DNA of 64,000 nt from the IMG/VR virus record IMGVR_UViG_3300031576_000014, positions 1 through 64,000 of that record; one strand, 5' to 3'. Positions 28,442 to 36,954 of this stretch are shown one piece after another (position 1 is the first letter of the stretch; each line of letters starts with the position of its first letter). The position numbers and the translations under genes were made by a program. Below the pieces are notes generated by a model. The model was not told where the DNA came from. It did not search any database and was given only the letters and a program-made list of their open reading frames with translations. The DNA comes from a virus.

Positions 28442-29817
28442 CGCCGTTTCTTTGCCGCCAGCAGCCCGTCCCGGACCACGGCGGCCACGGCCCGCATCAT
28501 GAGGGGAGGAACCGCCCTCCCGCACCTCTCCCACATCTGCTGGTACGTGCCCGTGAGCACGAAGTCGTCCGGGAACGAGCAGATGCGCTTCAGCTCCGCG
28601 ATCGTGAACTTCCGCGGCTCCGTCGGGTGCGTCGGGCCCGCTGCTCCAGCGTTTCCTCCCTTTGCCGTGATCGCCGGCGAAGACTCGTTCGTGCCCCCCC
28701 TGACCAGGTTTAGATACTTCTCTGACTTTCCACCCTCCGCCAGCCGATGCCACTCCGGACCGATCACGAAGCGCTCGATATTCGACGCGTCCTCTTCCTC
28801 GACTTGGAACTGGAACGGCGCGCACCCGATCGTGTCCCCGCCGAGCACGGTCGGACACGGATCATCAAGCGGGATCTCCTTCCCCTTCATGTCGAAGGGC
28901 GCCTTGTTGCCGTGCCGCACGCGCACCTGCGACGCAAACCCAGTCCCCATCCCGGCCGCGGACACTGTCGGCGCCGGTTCGTCAGACGACAACATCCTCT
29001 CGCGTGCCGGCGCTCCTCCCGGCCTATACCGGGTCGTAATCTGCGGACCCTCTGATGGTTCGTCGTCGACCGCCATGATCTGGGAGAAAGTTCTGGGTCT
29101 ATTATGCGTCATCACCGTCGGCGCCGGTTCGTTGCTTCGTTCTCCTTTCTTGGTGACAACCCGCAGGGACTCGAAAACGTCGCGCAGCGTGTAGAAATAC
29201 GGGAGCGGCGTCGGGTGCGCGGGCTCGATGTCGAGATCCTCGCGGAAGCCGACGAAGAACAAGCGCTGCCGCGACTGCGGAACGCCGAGCCACTTCGCAT
29301 CGAGAACACGCGCAGCGACTCGGTAGCCGGACTCCTTCAGCTCCTTCAAGATCTCAAGGAAGTAGCCCTTCGCGACGCCCTTCACGAGCCCTGAGACGTT
29401 CTCCGCGACGAACGCGCGCGGCTTCAACCCTCGAAGGATCCGCACGAACTCGAAGAAGAGATCGTCCGTCCTCTGGCGAGTGTCGCTGTACGCCTTGACC
29501 GCTCCCCAGTCGCGCTCGCGCTTGCCGCTCGTTGAAAAAGCCGCGCATGGGGGTGACCCGTCAAGCACGTCCAGCTCGCCGATCTTCATCCCGGTCTGCG
29601 CAAGGATCTCCTTCGGCTCGACCTTCCTGACGTCCCTGTCGTCGACCGGCGTCCCGGGGAAGTTCGCCGCGTACGTTTCTCGCGCTGCCTTGACGAACTC
29701 GCTCGCCCAAACGACGTGCATGCCGGCCATCGCGTAGCCGAGCGAGGAGCCGCCCCCTCCAGAGAAGAGGCTAACGACCTTGAGCCCGTTGCGCGGGACT
29801 GCGCGGACCTCGGCCAT
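28438..29817 (-). CDS. DNA cytosine-C5 methyltransferase family enzyme, predicted carboxymethyltransferase
   Basis: Motif I LFSGGGG, IV GSPPC, VI ENV, VIII QSRQR; motif X reads GRAVPP instead of GNAV. Confidence 0.9.
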   Translation of the reverse strand: MAEVRAVPRNGLKVVSLFSGGGGSSLGYAMAGMHVVWASEFVKAARETYAANFPGTPVDDRDVRKVEPKEILAQTGMKIGELDVLDGSPPCAAFSTSGKRERDWGAVKAYSDTRQRTDDLFFEFVRILRGLKPRAFVAENVSGLVKGVAKGYFLEILKELKESGYRVAARVLDAKWLGVPQSRQRLFFVGFREDLDIEPAHPTPLPYFYTLRDVFESLRVVTKKGERSNEPAPTVMTHNRPRTFSQIMAVDDEPSEGPQITTRYRPGGAPARERMLSSDEPAPTVSAAGMGTGFASQVRVRHGNKAPFDMKGKEIPLDDPCPTVLGGDTIGCAPFQFQVEEEDASNIERFVIGPEWHRLAEGGKSEKYLNLVRGGTNESSPAITAKGGNAGAAGPTHPTEPRKFTIAELKRICSFPDDFVLTGTYQQMWERCGRAVPPLMMRAVAAVVRDGLLAAKKRR

Positions 29818-30088
29818 CGACGGCAACCGGTACGAGGGCTTCGACGGCGCGGATGGACTCGTCCCGGCACCGGGCGACGAGCGCGGCGTAGACGTTCCTG
29901 ACAGGGCCCTCGACGACGCGCGACGCAAGCTGCTCCTCCCTCTTCGGATCGTACACCGGCAGCCCGGACTCCGCCTTCGCCCGCGCGGCCTCCAGGCTCA
30001 GCTCGAGCCGACGCTTGAGCAGGAAGAGGATCCGGATGTCGAGGTTGTCGATGTCGTGGCGGACCTGCTCGAGCGCGCGCGTGTTCAT
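29771..30088 (-). CDS. Chorismate mutase (AroQ, type II)
   Basis: LEQVRHDIDNLDIRILFLLKRRLELSLEAARAKAESGLPVYDPKRE has the AroQ R..ID..D, R, K and D..RE residues. Confidence 0.88.
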   Translation of the reverse strand: MNTRALEQVRHDIDNLDIRILFLLKRRLELSLEAARAKAESGLPVYDPKREEQLASRVVEGPVRNVYAALVARCRDESIRAVEALVPVAVDGRGPRSPAQRAQGR

Positions 30089-30705
30089 CCCGCGCCCTTT
30101 GCCGCCCTCCCGTTCTTGCCGCCGCCGCGAAGCTCCGTCTTGCCCCCGCTCCATTTGTAGCCGCACTTCGGGCAGCGGAAGTCGACCTGGATGTTCTCGT
30201 TGAACATCGGGAAGCTCTCTGGCGGCTGCACTACCAGCCGGTCAACGTCGCCCCCCGCGAAGCCTGTCCCGTAGAGGTCGCCGGCGGTCGCCCTTTCACG
30301 GAGAAGGACGAGCAGGATCGTGTTGTCGTAGCCCGCCCGGTCGCTCGTCCGGTTGTCCGCAAGCATGATCCGCATCGCCGTCGCATCGTCGACGTCGACG
30401 AAGATCGCCGGAACGCGCTTTAGCCCTTTGACGCTCGCGCTCTTCCAGCGATGGTTGCCGACGAGGATCAGGTTGGTCGACTTCTGAACAAGGCACGCGC
30501 CGTAGAAGCCGTTCGCCTCGACGGACTCGTCGATCAGCCCCTGCGCACCACGGCGGGGGTTGCGCGGGTGAGGGGCTATCGAGCCCGTGGGCACGACGCG
30601 GTAGCGCTGCTTGACGATCTCCGCCGCGACTGCCGCCGACGCGTCGTTCGAGGGCGCCGCCGGCGAGGTCACGGCCTCCGGGGCAGCCTCTTTCGCTCTC
30701 CGCAT
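30085..30705 (-). CDS. ParB-like N-terminal domain protein with C-terminal Zn ribbon
   Basis: PHPRNPR, ILVGNHR, LADNRT, CPKCGYKW. Confidence 0.8.
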   Translation of the reverse strand: MRRAKEAAPEAVTSPAAPSNDASAAVAAEIVKQRYRVVPTGSIAPHPRNPRRGAQGLIDESVEANGFYGACLVQKSTNLILVGNHRWKSASVKGLKRVPAIFVDVDDATAMRIMLADNRTSDRAGYDNTILLVLLRERATAGDLYGTGFAGGDVDRLVVQPPESFPMFNENIQVDFRCPKCGYKWSGGKTELRGGGKNGRAAKGAG

Positions 30706-31286
30706 CCCGCGCTCGCCTCCTGCCTGGCAGCATCCCCCTGCGCGTTCCAACCTTCAAGCGTCATCGACGGCATCCCGAGACGCGCGCGCCCTGCGTTCGC
30801 GACGGCGAACGCGTCGACCTGGTCCGCCGTCCACTTCTCCCCAGGCTGGGGGAAAGCTGCGAAGAACGCGCGCTGCACCGCCTCCCCGGACCTCTCGTGG
30901 GGCACTTTTCCGAGCAGCGCCTTGCGGATCGTCGGGATCGCGATCGGCCGCGCGACGATGCCCTTCTCCCGGTAGAGCGCCAGCTTGATGCACCCGGTCA
31001 GCTCCGCCACGCCGCGCGCGTGCGCGAGCGCGGAACCGAAGCTGTAGTCCTCGACGAAGACGACGACGTCCGACGAGATCAGGCCCACGACCGCGCGCGA
31101 GATCTCGCCCAGGCGCACGCAGCGGTCCTCCAGCGTGTGCTCCTTCGGAAGCGCGTGCGCGCAAGAAAAGACGGACACTTCCTCGATACTCTTCGCGTCC
31201 CAGCTGCAAAGGACGAGCGCCGCCGCCGTCCCCCGGAGCGACACGTCGAGCCCCCAAACATCGACGGTGGCTCGGCGACGCGTCAC
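30669..31286 (-). CDS. RuvC-like Holliday junction resolvase
   Basis: VWGLDVSLRGT, VFVEDY, DQVDAFAVA. Confidence 0.75.
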   Translation of the reverse strand: MTRRRATVDVWGLDVSLRGTAAALVLCSWDAKSIEEVSVFSCAHALPKEHTLEDRCVRLGEISRAVVGLISSDVVVFVEDYSFGSALAHARGVAELTGCIKLALYREKGIVARPIAIPTIRKALLGKVPHERSGEAVQRAFFAAFPQPGEKWTADQVDAFAVANAGRARLGMPSMTLEGWNAQGDAARQEASAGCGERKRLPRRP

Positions 31287-33178
31287 GCGACCACCTCCGC
31301 GCGCGACCAACCGCCCTCGCTCACGATCTCGATCCGCCCGGGCAAGCCGTGCATGGTCTGGGGATCGTGCGAGACGACGAACGCCTGCTCGACCCCGCCG
31401 CGGAGCACGAGCGCGCCGAGGTGCCGCGCAAACGCCCGCCGTTTCGACGTGTCGAGCGACCCGAACGGCTCGTCGAGGACGACGACGCCCCACGGGCTCC
31501 CGCGCTCCCCGCGCAGCCAGCCCCCCGCCGCGAGCCCGACCGCTGCGCCGGCGAGGTCGTCCGCCCCGCCAGAGTCGTGCGACCTGTTGAACTCGAGCTT
31601 CGCCACGATGTTCGGACCCCTGCCCGCACCGCAGCGCGTGCAAACCTTCGCCGTCCTCGACGACGGGAACAGCATGCCGCACCCGTCGCACGCGTGCGCC
31701 AGCCCTTGGCCCTCGCGCGACCAGCGGACGTCGACGCGCAGGTCGATCCCTGCCTCCGCCAGCCCCGCGTTCGCATCCTCCTCGATCTCCGCCAGCGCGT
31801 CTTCCGCAATCTTCCTCTGCGCACCGTTGCGCCCGAAGACCACCGCGGCCTCTCTCATGATCTCCGCGAAAGGCCGCGACACCTCGATCTCCTTCTCGAT
31901 CTCCGCGATCCTTCTCCTGGTCTCCGCTGCGCGCGAGACCGCCACCGCAGCCTCTGCGACCGCGCTCGTGGCCGCCCGCACCTGCTCGTACGCCTCGTCG
32001 TGCGCCCGCCGCAGCGCTGCCGCGTCCCCGGCCTCCGGAACGTTCCTCGCCGCCTCGGCGGCCGGCAGCATCCCCGCGATCTGCCCCCTCAGCGCATCGC
32101 CCTTGGCCTGCTGCCGCTCCGCCGCCTGGGTCTGCGCCTGCGCGCGCCCGTGCGCGGCCAGCGCCTTCTCGTGGACCGCCTTCGCCTCCTCGTAGGCATG
32201 CTGGAAGCGCTCCGCCTCCGTCCGGCACCTTTCCCTGTTCTCCTCGATGAACGCCCGCGCCGGGCACGGCGCCGAGACGACGGGACAAAGGCCGGCGAAG
32301 TCGCCGCCCGCGATCCCGCGGAAATGGTCGCGTCTCTTCATGTGGGCGCGCATCGCTTCCCCCGTCTCGTTCGCCTCCCTCCACCGGTCCTTCGCGTCCG
32401 CCGGCGCCTTCGCCTGCACATGCTTCGCCAGCTCCTCGGACAACCGCACGAACTCCACGCGCACGTGCCGCGCCTTCTCCCGTGCCCCGTTCTCCTCAAG
32501 GTCCGCCGCAGCGTCCGACAGCTTCGCCCGGGCATGCTTCTCGCTGACCTTGGCCGCCTCGTGGGTCTTCAGAAGGGCCCCCTGGTCCCCGTCCTGGCTC
32601 CGCAGCACCTTCAGGAGCGCCTCCTTCTCCGCCGTCCCGTCCGTCGACGCTGCGAGCTTCGCGCGCGCGATCTCCGCGCAGCGCTCGACGGGCGCGAGCG
32701 ACAGCCAAGAGACGACCACCTGCGTCCGGACCTCCGGCCGCGCGACGACGAGCTGCGAGAGCTTTTTTTGCTCGAAGAAGCTCGCCGTCATGAAGTCCTC
32801 CGACGAAAGCCCGACGAGGTCGTGGATCTTCTTCTGGGCCTCGTCCTTCCAGAGAACGCGCCCGCCGTCGTGGAGGGAAAGCTTCGTCGGCTTCCCCCGC
32901 TCGCGCGAGCGGCTCAGCACCTCGCCCGTGCTCAGAAGAACGACGACGCGGCCGTGGGCCTGCCCGTTCGAGATGAGCCCGTCCTCCGTCCGGTGCCGGT
33001 GCCAGCCGTCGAACGCGAAGCGGAGAGCCTCGAGCAGGTGCGTCTTGCCGAGCCAGTTCGAACACTCCGGATCGTCCACGCTCCTCGCGACGACGCCGTG
33101 CGCGCGCGCTCCTAGCCGGAGACGGTGCTCGCCGCGGAACGGACCCCAGTTCTCGACGAGCAGCTCGCGGACGTGCAT
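31283..33178 (-). CDS. SbcC/Rad50-like ATPase
   Basis: ENWGPF, NWLGKT, coiled coil with CP...CP hook, SGG, LDEPFGSLD, VVSH. Confidence 0.88.
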   Translation of the reverse strand: MHVRELLVENWGPFRGEHRLRLGARAHGVVARSVDDPECSNWLGKTHLLEALRFAFDGWHRHRTEDGLISNGQAHGRVVVLLSTGEVLSRSRERGKPTKLSLHDGGRVLWKDEAQKKIHDLVGLSSEDFMTASFFEQKKLSQLVVARPEVRTQVVVSWLSLAPVERCAEIARAKLAASTDGTAEKEALLKVLRSQDGDQGALLKTHEAAKVSEKHARAKLSDAAADLEENGAREKARHVRVEFVRLSEELAKHVQAKAPADAKDRWREANETGEAMRAHMKRRDHFRGIAGGDFAGLCPVVSAPCPARAFIEENRERCRTEAERFQHAYEEAKAVHEKALAAHGRAQAQTQAAERQQAKGDALRGQIAGMLPAAEAARNVPEAGDAAALRRAHDEAYEQVRAATSAVAEAAVAVSRAAETRRRIAEIEKEIEVSRPFAEIMREAAVVFGRNGAQRKIAEDALAEIEEDANAGLAEAGIDLRVDVRWSREGQGLAHACDGCGMLFPSSRTAKVCTRCGAGRGPNIVAKLEFNRSHDSGGADDLAGAAVGLAAGGWLRGERGSPWGVVVLDEPFGSLDTSKRRAFARHLGALVLRGGVEQAFVVSHDPQTMHGLPGRIEIVSEGGWSRAEVVA

Positions 33179-33588
33179 CAGAGACCGGCCTCGTCCATGA
33201 TCGCCTCGCACGCCTCGCGCAGCGCCTTCTTGTCCTCGAACGAGCACGCCTCGACGACCTCGAGCACGACGTCCCGCGCCCTTGCCCGCTTCTTCCGGAC
33301 GCGCGCGAGCGCCTCGTCGGGAAGCCTCGCCCGCCTCCGGCGCAGAACCCGTATCTCCCCCTCCGCGCCCATCTTCCGGGCCCACGCCCGCACGGCCTCG
33401 ACCTGCTCGTCCGCGACGTCCGGGGGCGCGCGCACACGCACGAGCGCGCCCGCCGTCATCTGGTCGAACGCCATGTCTCCGTCCCAGACCGGACTGTCCT
33501 CGCCGATCGTCACGAGCCGCCTCGTCTCGACAGGGAAGAACTCCGTCTTCGGGACGAGCCGGATCGCGGGGTTTCTCCGGCGCGTCAA
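33178..33588 (-). CDS. Hypothetical protein, possibly detached SbcD C-terminal domain
   Basis: Lies between sbcD-like and sbcC-like genes; ALVRVR motif. Confidence 0.55.
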   Translation of the reverse strand: MTRRRNPAIRLVPKTEFFPVETRRLVTIGEDSPVWDGDMAFDQMTAGALVRVRAPPDVADEQVEAVRAWARKMGAEGEIRVLRRRRARLPDEALARVRKKRARARDVVLEVVEACSFEDKKALREACEAIMDEAGL

Positions 33589-34304
33589 GCGACCTCGGAG
33601 ACGATGAAGCCCGGATCGTTCCCTTCCTCCGCGAACGTCAACCGCACGAGGGAGCCCGGGATCTCGATTCCGTCCGGCGTCGTCTGCCGGCGGTGGTAGT
33701 GCCCGTTGATCATGAGACGCGCCTTGCCGCGAAGCTGCTCGACGGGAAAGAGCACCTCCCGCCCGCGGGGCATCTCCGCCGTCTCCTCCCCCGGGATCAC
33801 GCCCGGGACGTGCAGGTGTCCTAAGACGACCAGCGGCAGCTCAGAGCTTTCCTTCACCGCGGCCGCCGCCGCCGCCGCCGGATCGTAGGCGCAGGACCGC
33901 GCGGTGTACGGAAGCGTCAAGAACCTGGTGCTCCTCCAGACGAAGCTCTCCGCCTTCTCGAAAACCCCCGTCAGCCCTGCGCACGAGCCCAGCGAGCAGA
34001 GCGGCTCGAGCGTGGTCCTTCCCCGCCCGTCCTCGATCACGTCGTGGTTGCCCGCCACCCAGAACGACATGATGCCCCGGGACCGAAGCTCGCGCGCGGC
34101 GTCGAGCGCGAGCGCGACGCACCGGAAGACCGAGGACCCGGAGTCCGGGTCGCAGAGGTCGCCCGTCATCGCGTAGAGGTCGACCTTCCTGTCGACCGCC
34201 TCCTTGACCGTCTGCTCGACGGCGCGCGCGACGTCGTCGAAGCGGTCGACGCCCCGCGTGCTCCAGTCGGCGTGCCAATCGCTACAGGTCAGGATGCGGA
34301 GCAC
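33585..34304 (-). CDS. SbcD/Mre11-like metallophosphoesterase
   Basis: SDWH, GDLCD, GNHD, GHYH, PGSL. Confidence 0.88.
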   Translation of the reverse strand: MLRILTCSDWHADWSTRGVDRFDDVARAVEQTVKEAVDRKVDLYAMTGDLCDPDSGSSVFRCVALALDAARELRSRGIMSFWVAGNHDVIEDGRGRTTLEPLCSLGSCAGLTGVFEKAESFVWRSTRFLTLPYTARSCAYDPAAAAAAAVKESSELPLVVLGHLHVPGVIPGEETAEMPRGREVLFPVEQLRGKARLMINGHYHRRQTTPDGIEIPGSLVRLTFAEEGNDPGFIVSEVA

Positions 34305-34649
34305 GCGTTCCCCGGCTTCATGGTCTCATCCCGTGCCGCCCGAGCAGCTCGAGCAGCAGGAGCCTGTCCGTCGAGTTCCACGCGTTGCGGCGCAGCGACT
34401 CGACGGCGTGGCGCGGCGGCGTCTGCACGCGATCCCAATCGTCCAGCGTGAACCCCGGGGCCCGCGCGTACACCCTGACCGGCCCGTCCTGCTCGTCCCT
34501 GCGAACAGCGGTCAAAAGGTCGCCGCTCGACCGTTCCGAGAACACCTCGTAACGGAACCTCCGGTGGCCGCGCAACGCCTGGAAACTGTCGGGCCACTCG
34601 CGCCACCACGGCGAAACGGCCAACAGCCTGCAACCCTCGAACGCGCGGG

Positions 34650-35279
34650 TCACGCCTCGCACTCCGCCTGCACCAGCGGCAGCCGCGTCCAGGTCCCCGC
34701 CTTCGCGTCCGGGCCCCAGAAATACCAGGAGTAGGCCGTCGCGTCGTGCTTCCCGTCACCCGTGAACGACGGCCGCTTGTCGAGCATGCCCAGCTCCGGC
34801 GGATGCTTGGCGAGGAACCGGGCCCTCTCCTGGATGCGCGGGTACTTCGACCACGGGCAGGATTCCATCCAGCCCGTGCGGCAGAGCATCGCCACCGTCT
34901 TGGCGATCTCCATCGCCCGCGCGGCGAACTCGCGCGCAAGCTCGAACGGCGGGTTGAAGATCGCGTAGTCGTAGGAGCCCGCGAGGCGTGCGCGGTCGAG
35001 GACGTCGCCCCGGAGAACGTGCCAGTCCCCGTTGATGCTCTGCATCTTCTTCTCCGCCGCGTCGGCCAACCTGGGTTGAAGTTCGACCCCTGTGATGATC
35101 GCCGACGGGACGAAGCGGAGAACCTCCGCCATGACGGCGCCCCCTCCGCAACCGAGATCGATCATCCTTGGCCCGTTGTCCCGCATGTCGAGGCGTCCGA
35201 GCGCCGCGCGCGTGCACCAGCCCGGCGTCGCGTAATGCCCGCCCTTCCTGCTCCTCTCCCCCCTGCCCCTCGCGCTCAT
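34650..35279 (-). CDS. DNA amino-methyltransferase (N6A-type)
   Basis: YATP, IDLGCGGG, NPPF, RPSF..DG..D...Y.W. Confidence 0.85.
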   Translation of the reverse strand: MSARGRGERSRKGGHYATPGWCTRAALGRLDMRDNGPRMIDLGCGGGAVMAEVLRFVPSAIITGVELQPRLADAAEKKMQSINGDWHVLRGDVLDRARLAGSYDYAIFNPPFELAREFAARAMEIAKTVAMLCRTGWMESCPWSKYPRIQERARFLAKHPPELGMLDKRPSFTGDGKHDATAYSWYFWGPDAKAGTWTRLPLVQAECEA

Positions 35280-36436
35280 GCCTTCTCCCTCTCGTCGCTC
35301 TCCGCGCAGCGCTGCCGGATCTCCGCGACGATCTCCGCCAAAATCTCCGGCTCCCCGCGCATCGCCTCGACGAACACCGCCTCCGTCCTCCAACGCTTGC
35401 CGCCCTTCTTCCAGGCGACGGACGAGCCCGAGCGCTCGACCACGCGCATGCGCTGCCCGAAGTCGGCCGCGTCGCGCGCGAGGTCGAAGGCCGGCGGCGA
35501 GAGCTGCGAGTGGAAGTAGGTCACCACGTTCCGCTCGTCCCGCTCCGCGATCTTCGTCTTCTTCACGGTCAGGCGGTGCCGCTCGCCGACCGTCGCCAGC
35601 GTGCCGGCGTCCTTGCTTCCGGTCGTGACGTACGCGTCGCGCTCGACGCGCACGAGCAGGCTCGACTCGTAGACGACCGACCTGCCTCCCCCGATCCTGT
35701 AATCGTTGCCGAACTTCCTCGTCCACGCGTCCGCGTCCGGGTCCTCGTACTCGCGCGTCACGGCGATCCAGGTGCAGCCCGTGCGCTCCATCAGGGGGAC
35801 AAGCTCGTCGTACCACTCGGAGTTGAGCTTCGCGCGGAGCTGGCCAGCGCGGCCCCCCAGCACCCGCCCGCCTTTTTTCTTGTCGTCCTTCCCCTCCTCC
35901 TTCTGGAGACGCTTCATCAGGTCCTTCGGCACAAGCTTGCGCAGCGAGTCGACCACGACGATCCCTGTCGCGTCTGCCGGAACCTGCCGAGCGTCCCGCA
36001 TGCGCGCGACCGTCTCGCAGAACTCCCGCACCCGCTCGACGCACGCCTCGTAGCTCTCCGGCCGGATCGCGAGGAAGCGGTCGCTCTCGGCGAGATCGCC
36101 GAAGAGCTGCCGGACCCAGGTGATCGGCGTCGTCCGCTCCGCGTCGACGAGGAGCGCGAAGTGGCCCTGCGCGAGGAACGAGTAGACGAGCCCGAGCATC
36201 ATCAGCGTCTTCCCCTCCGCAGAGGGTCCGTGGATCGCGCAGCACCGCTCGAGCGGCCAACCGCCGACGCCGAGGGCGTGGTCGACCTGCGGCCAGATCG
36301 TGCGGACGGCTCGCACGACCGTCAAGGCGTCGCGCGCGGTCCTCAAGCGCGCGAACCCCGAAGCGGCGGCTCCCAAAGCCGCGCTCGTTTTCCCGCGCGC
36401 CGCTCGCATCTCCGCCGTCAACTTCCGTCTGGCCAT
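35276..36436 (-). CDS. recA: RecA-like recombinase
   Basis: DHALGVGGWP, GPSAEGKT, DAE, VVDSL, GGR. Confidence 0.88.
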   Translation of the reverse strand: MARRKLTAEMRAARGKTSAALGAAASGFARLRTARDALTVVRAVRTIWPQVDHALGVGGWPLERCCAIHGPSAEGKTLMMLGLVYSFLAQGHFALLVDAERTTPITWVRQLFGDLAESDRFLAIRPESYEACVERVREFCETVARMRDARQVPADATGIVVVDSLRKLVPKDLMKRLQKEEGKDDKKKGGRVLGGRAGQLRAKLNSEWYDELVPLMERTGCTWIAVTREYEDPDADAWTRKFGNDYRIGGGRSVVYESSLLVRVERDAYVTTGSKDAGTLATVGERHRLTVKKTKIAERDERNVVTYFHSQLSPPAFDLARDAADFGQRMRVVERSGSSVAWKKGGKRWRTEAVFVEAMRGEPEILAEIVAEIRQRCAESDEREKA

Positions 36437-36440
36437 CGGT

Positions 36441-36908
36441 TCATCTCGAATATTTTCGATGCTCGAGTCCGTGACAGCGAGTGCAAAGCCATCGGACGTC
36501 GAGCGGCTTGCTGTAATCGTGATGGTGAGCCTGCGCCTTCTTCTTCCCGCATTTCTGGCAGGGTTTCTTCTTGATTCGTCCGCACTCTACCGCATGCCCG
36601 AGAACGACTCGTGCCTTGCGCCGCTCCGGATAGCGTGCGTGATGCTCGCGGTGATAGCGCGCAAAACGTTCTGGATCGCGGTGCCGCGCATTCTTCTGAT
36701 AGCGCGACACAGCTCGGCGCCGCACTGGTCGATCCTGACGTTCGCTTTCGTATTGTTTTCGATTCGCGCTCCGGTTGATTACGTGCACGTCTTTCTTCGT
36801 GCACTCTTTGCACTTGCCGAGATGCCCATCCGCCATCTGCGGATGCTTGTAAAACGCGCTGAGAGAAAGAACTTTCCCACACTTGAAACATTGCTTCCGC
36901 CTTCGCAT
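36441..36908 (-). CDS. Zn-finger/HNH-like endonuclease
   Basis: CFKC..FYK...CKEC; CQKC..AHHHDYSKPLDVRWLCTRCH; lower GC than neighbours. Confidence 0.75.
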   Translation of the reverse strand: MRRRKQCFKCGKVLSLSAFYKHPQMADGHLGKCKECTKKDVHVINRSANRKQYESERQDRPVRRRAVSRYQKNARHRDPERFARYHREHHARYPERRKARVVLGHAVECGRIKKKPCQKCGKKKAQAHHHDYSKPLDVRWLCTRCHGLEHRKYSR

Positions 36909-36954
36909 TCCACAAGCGAATCATGAGATAAAACCCTTGTCTAGAAAGGAATTA

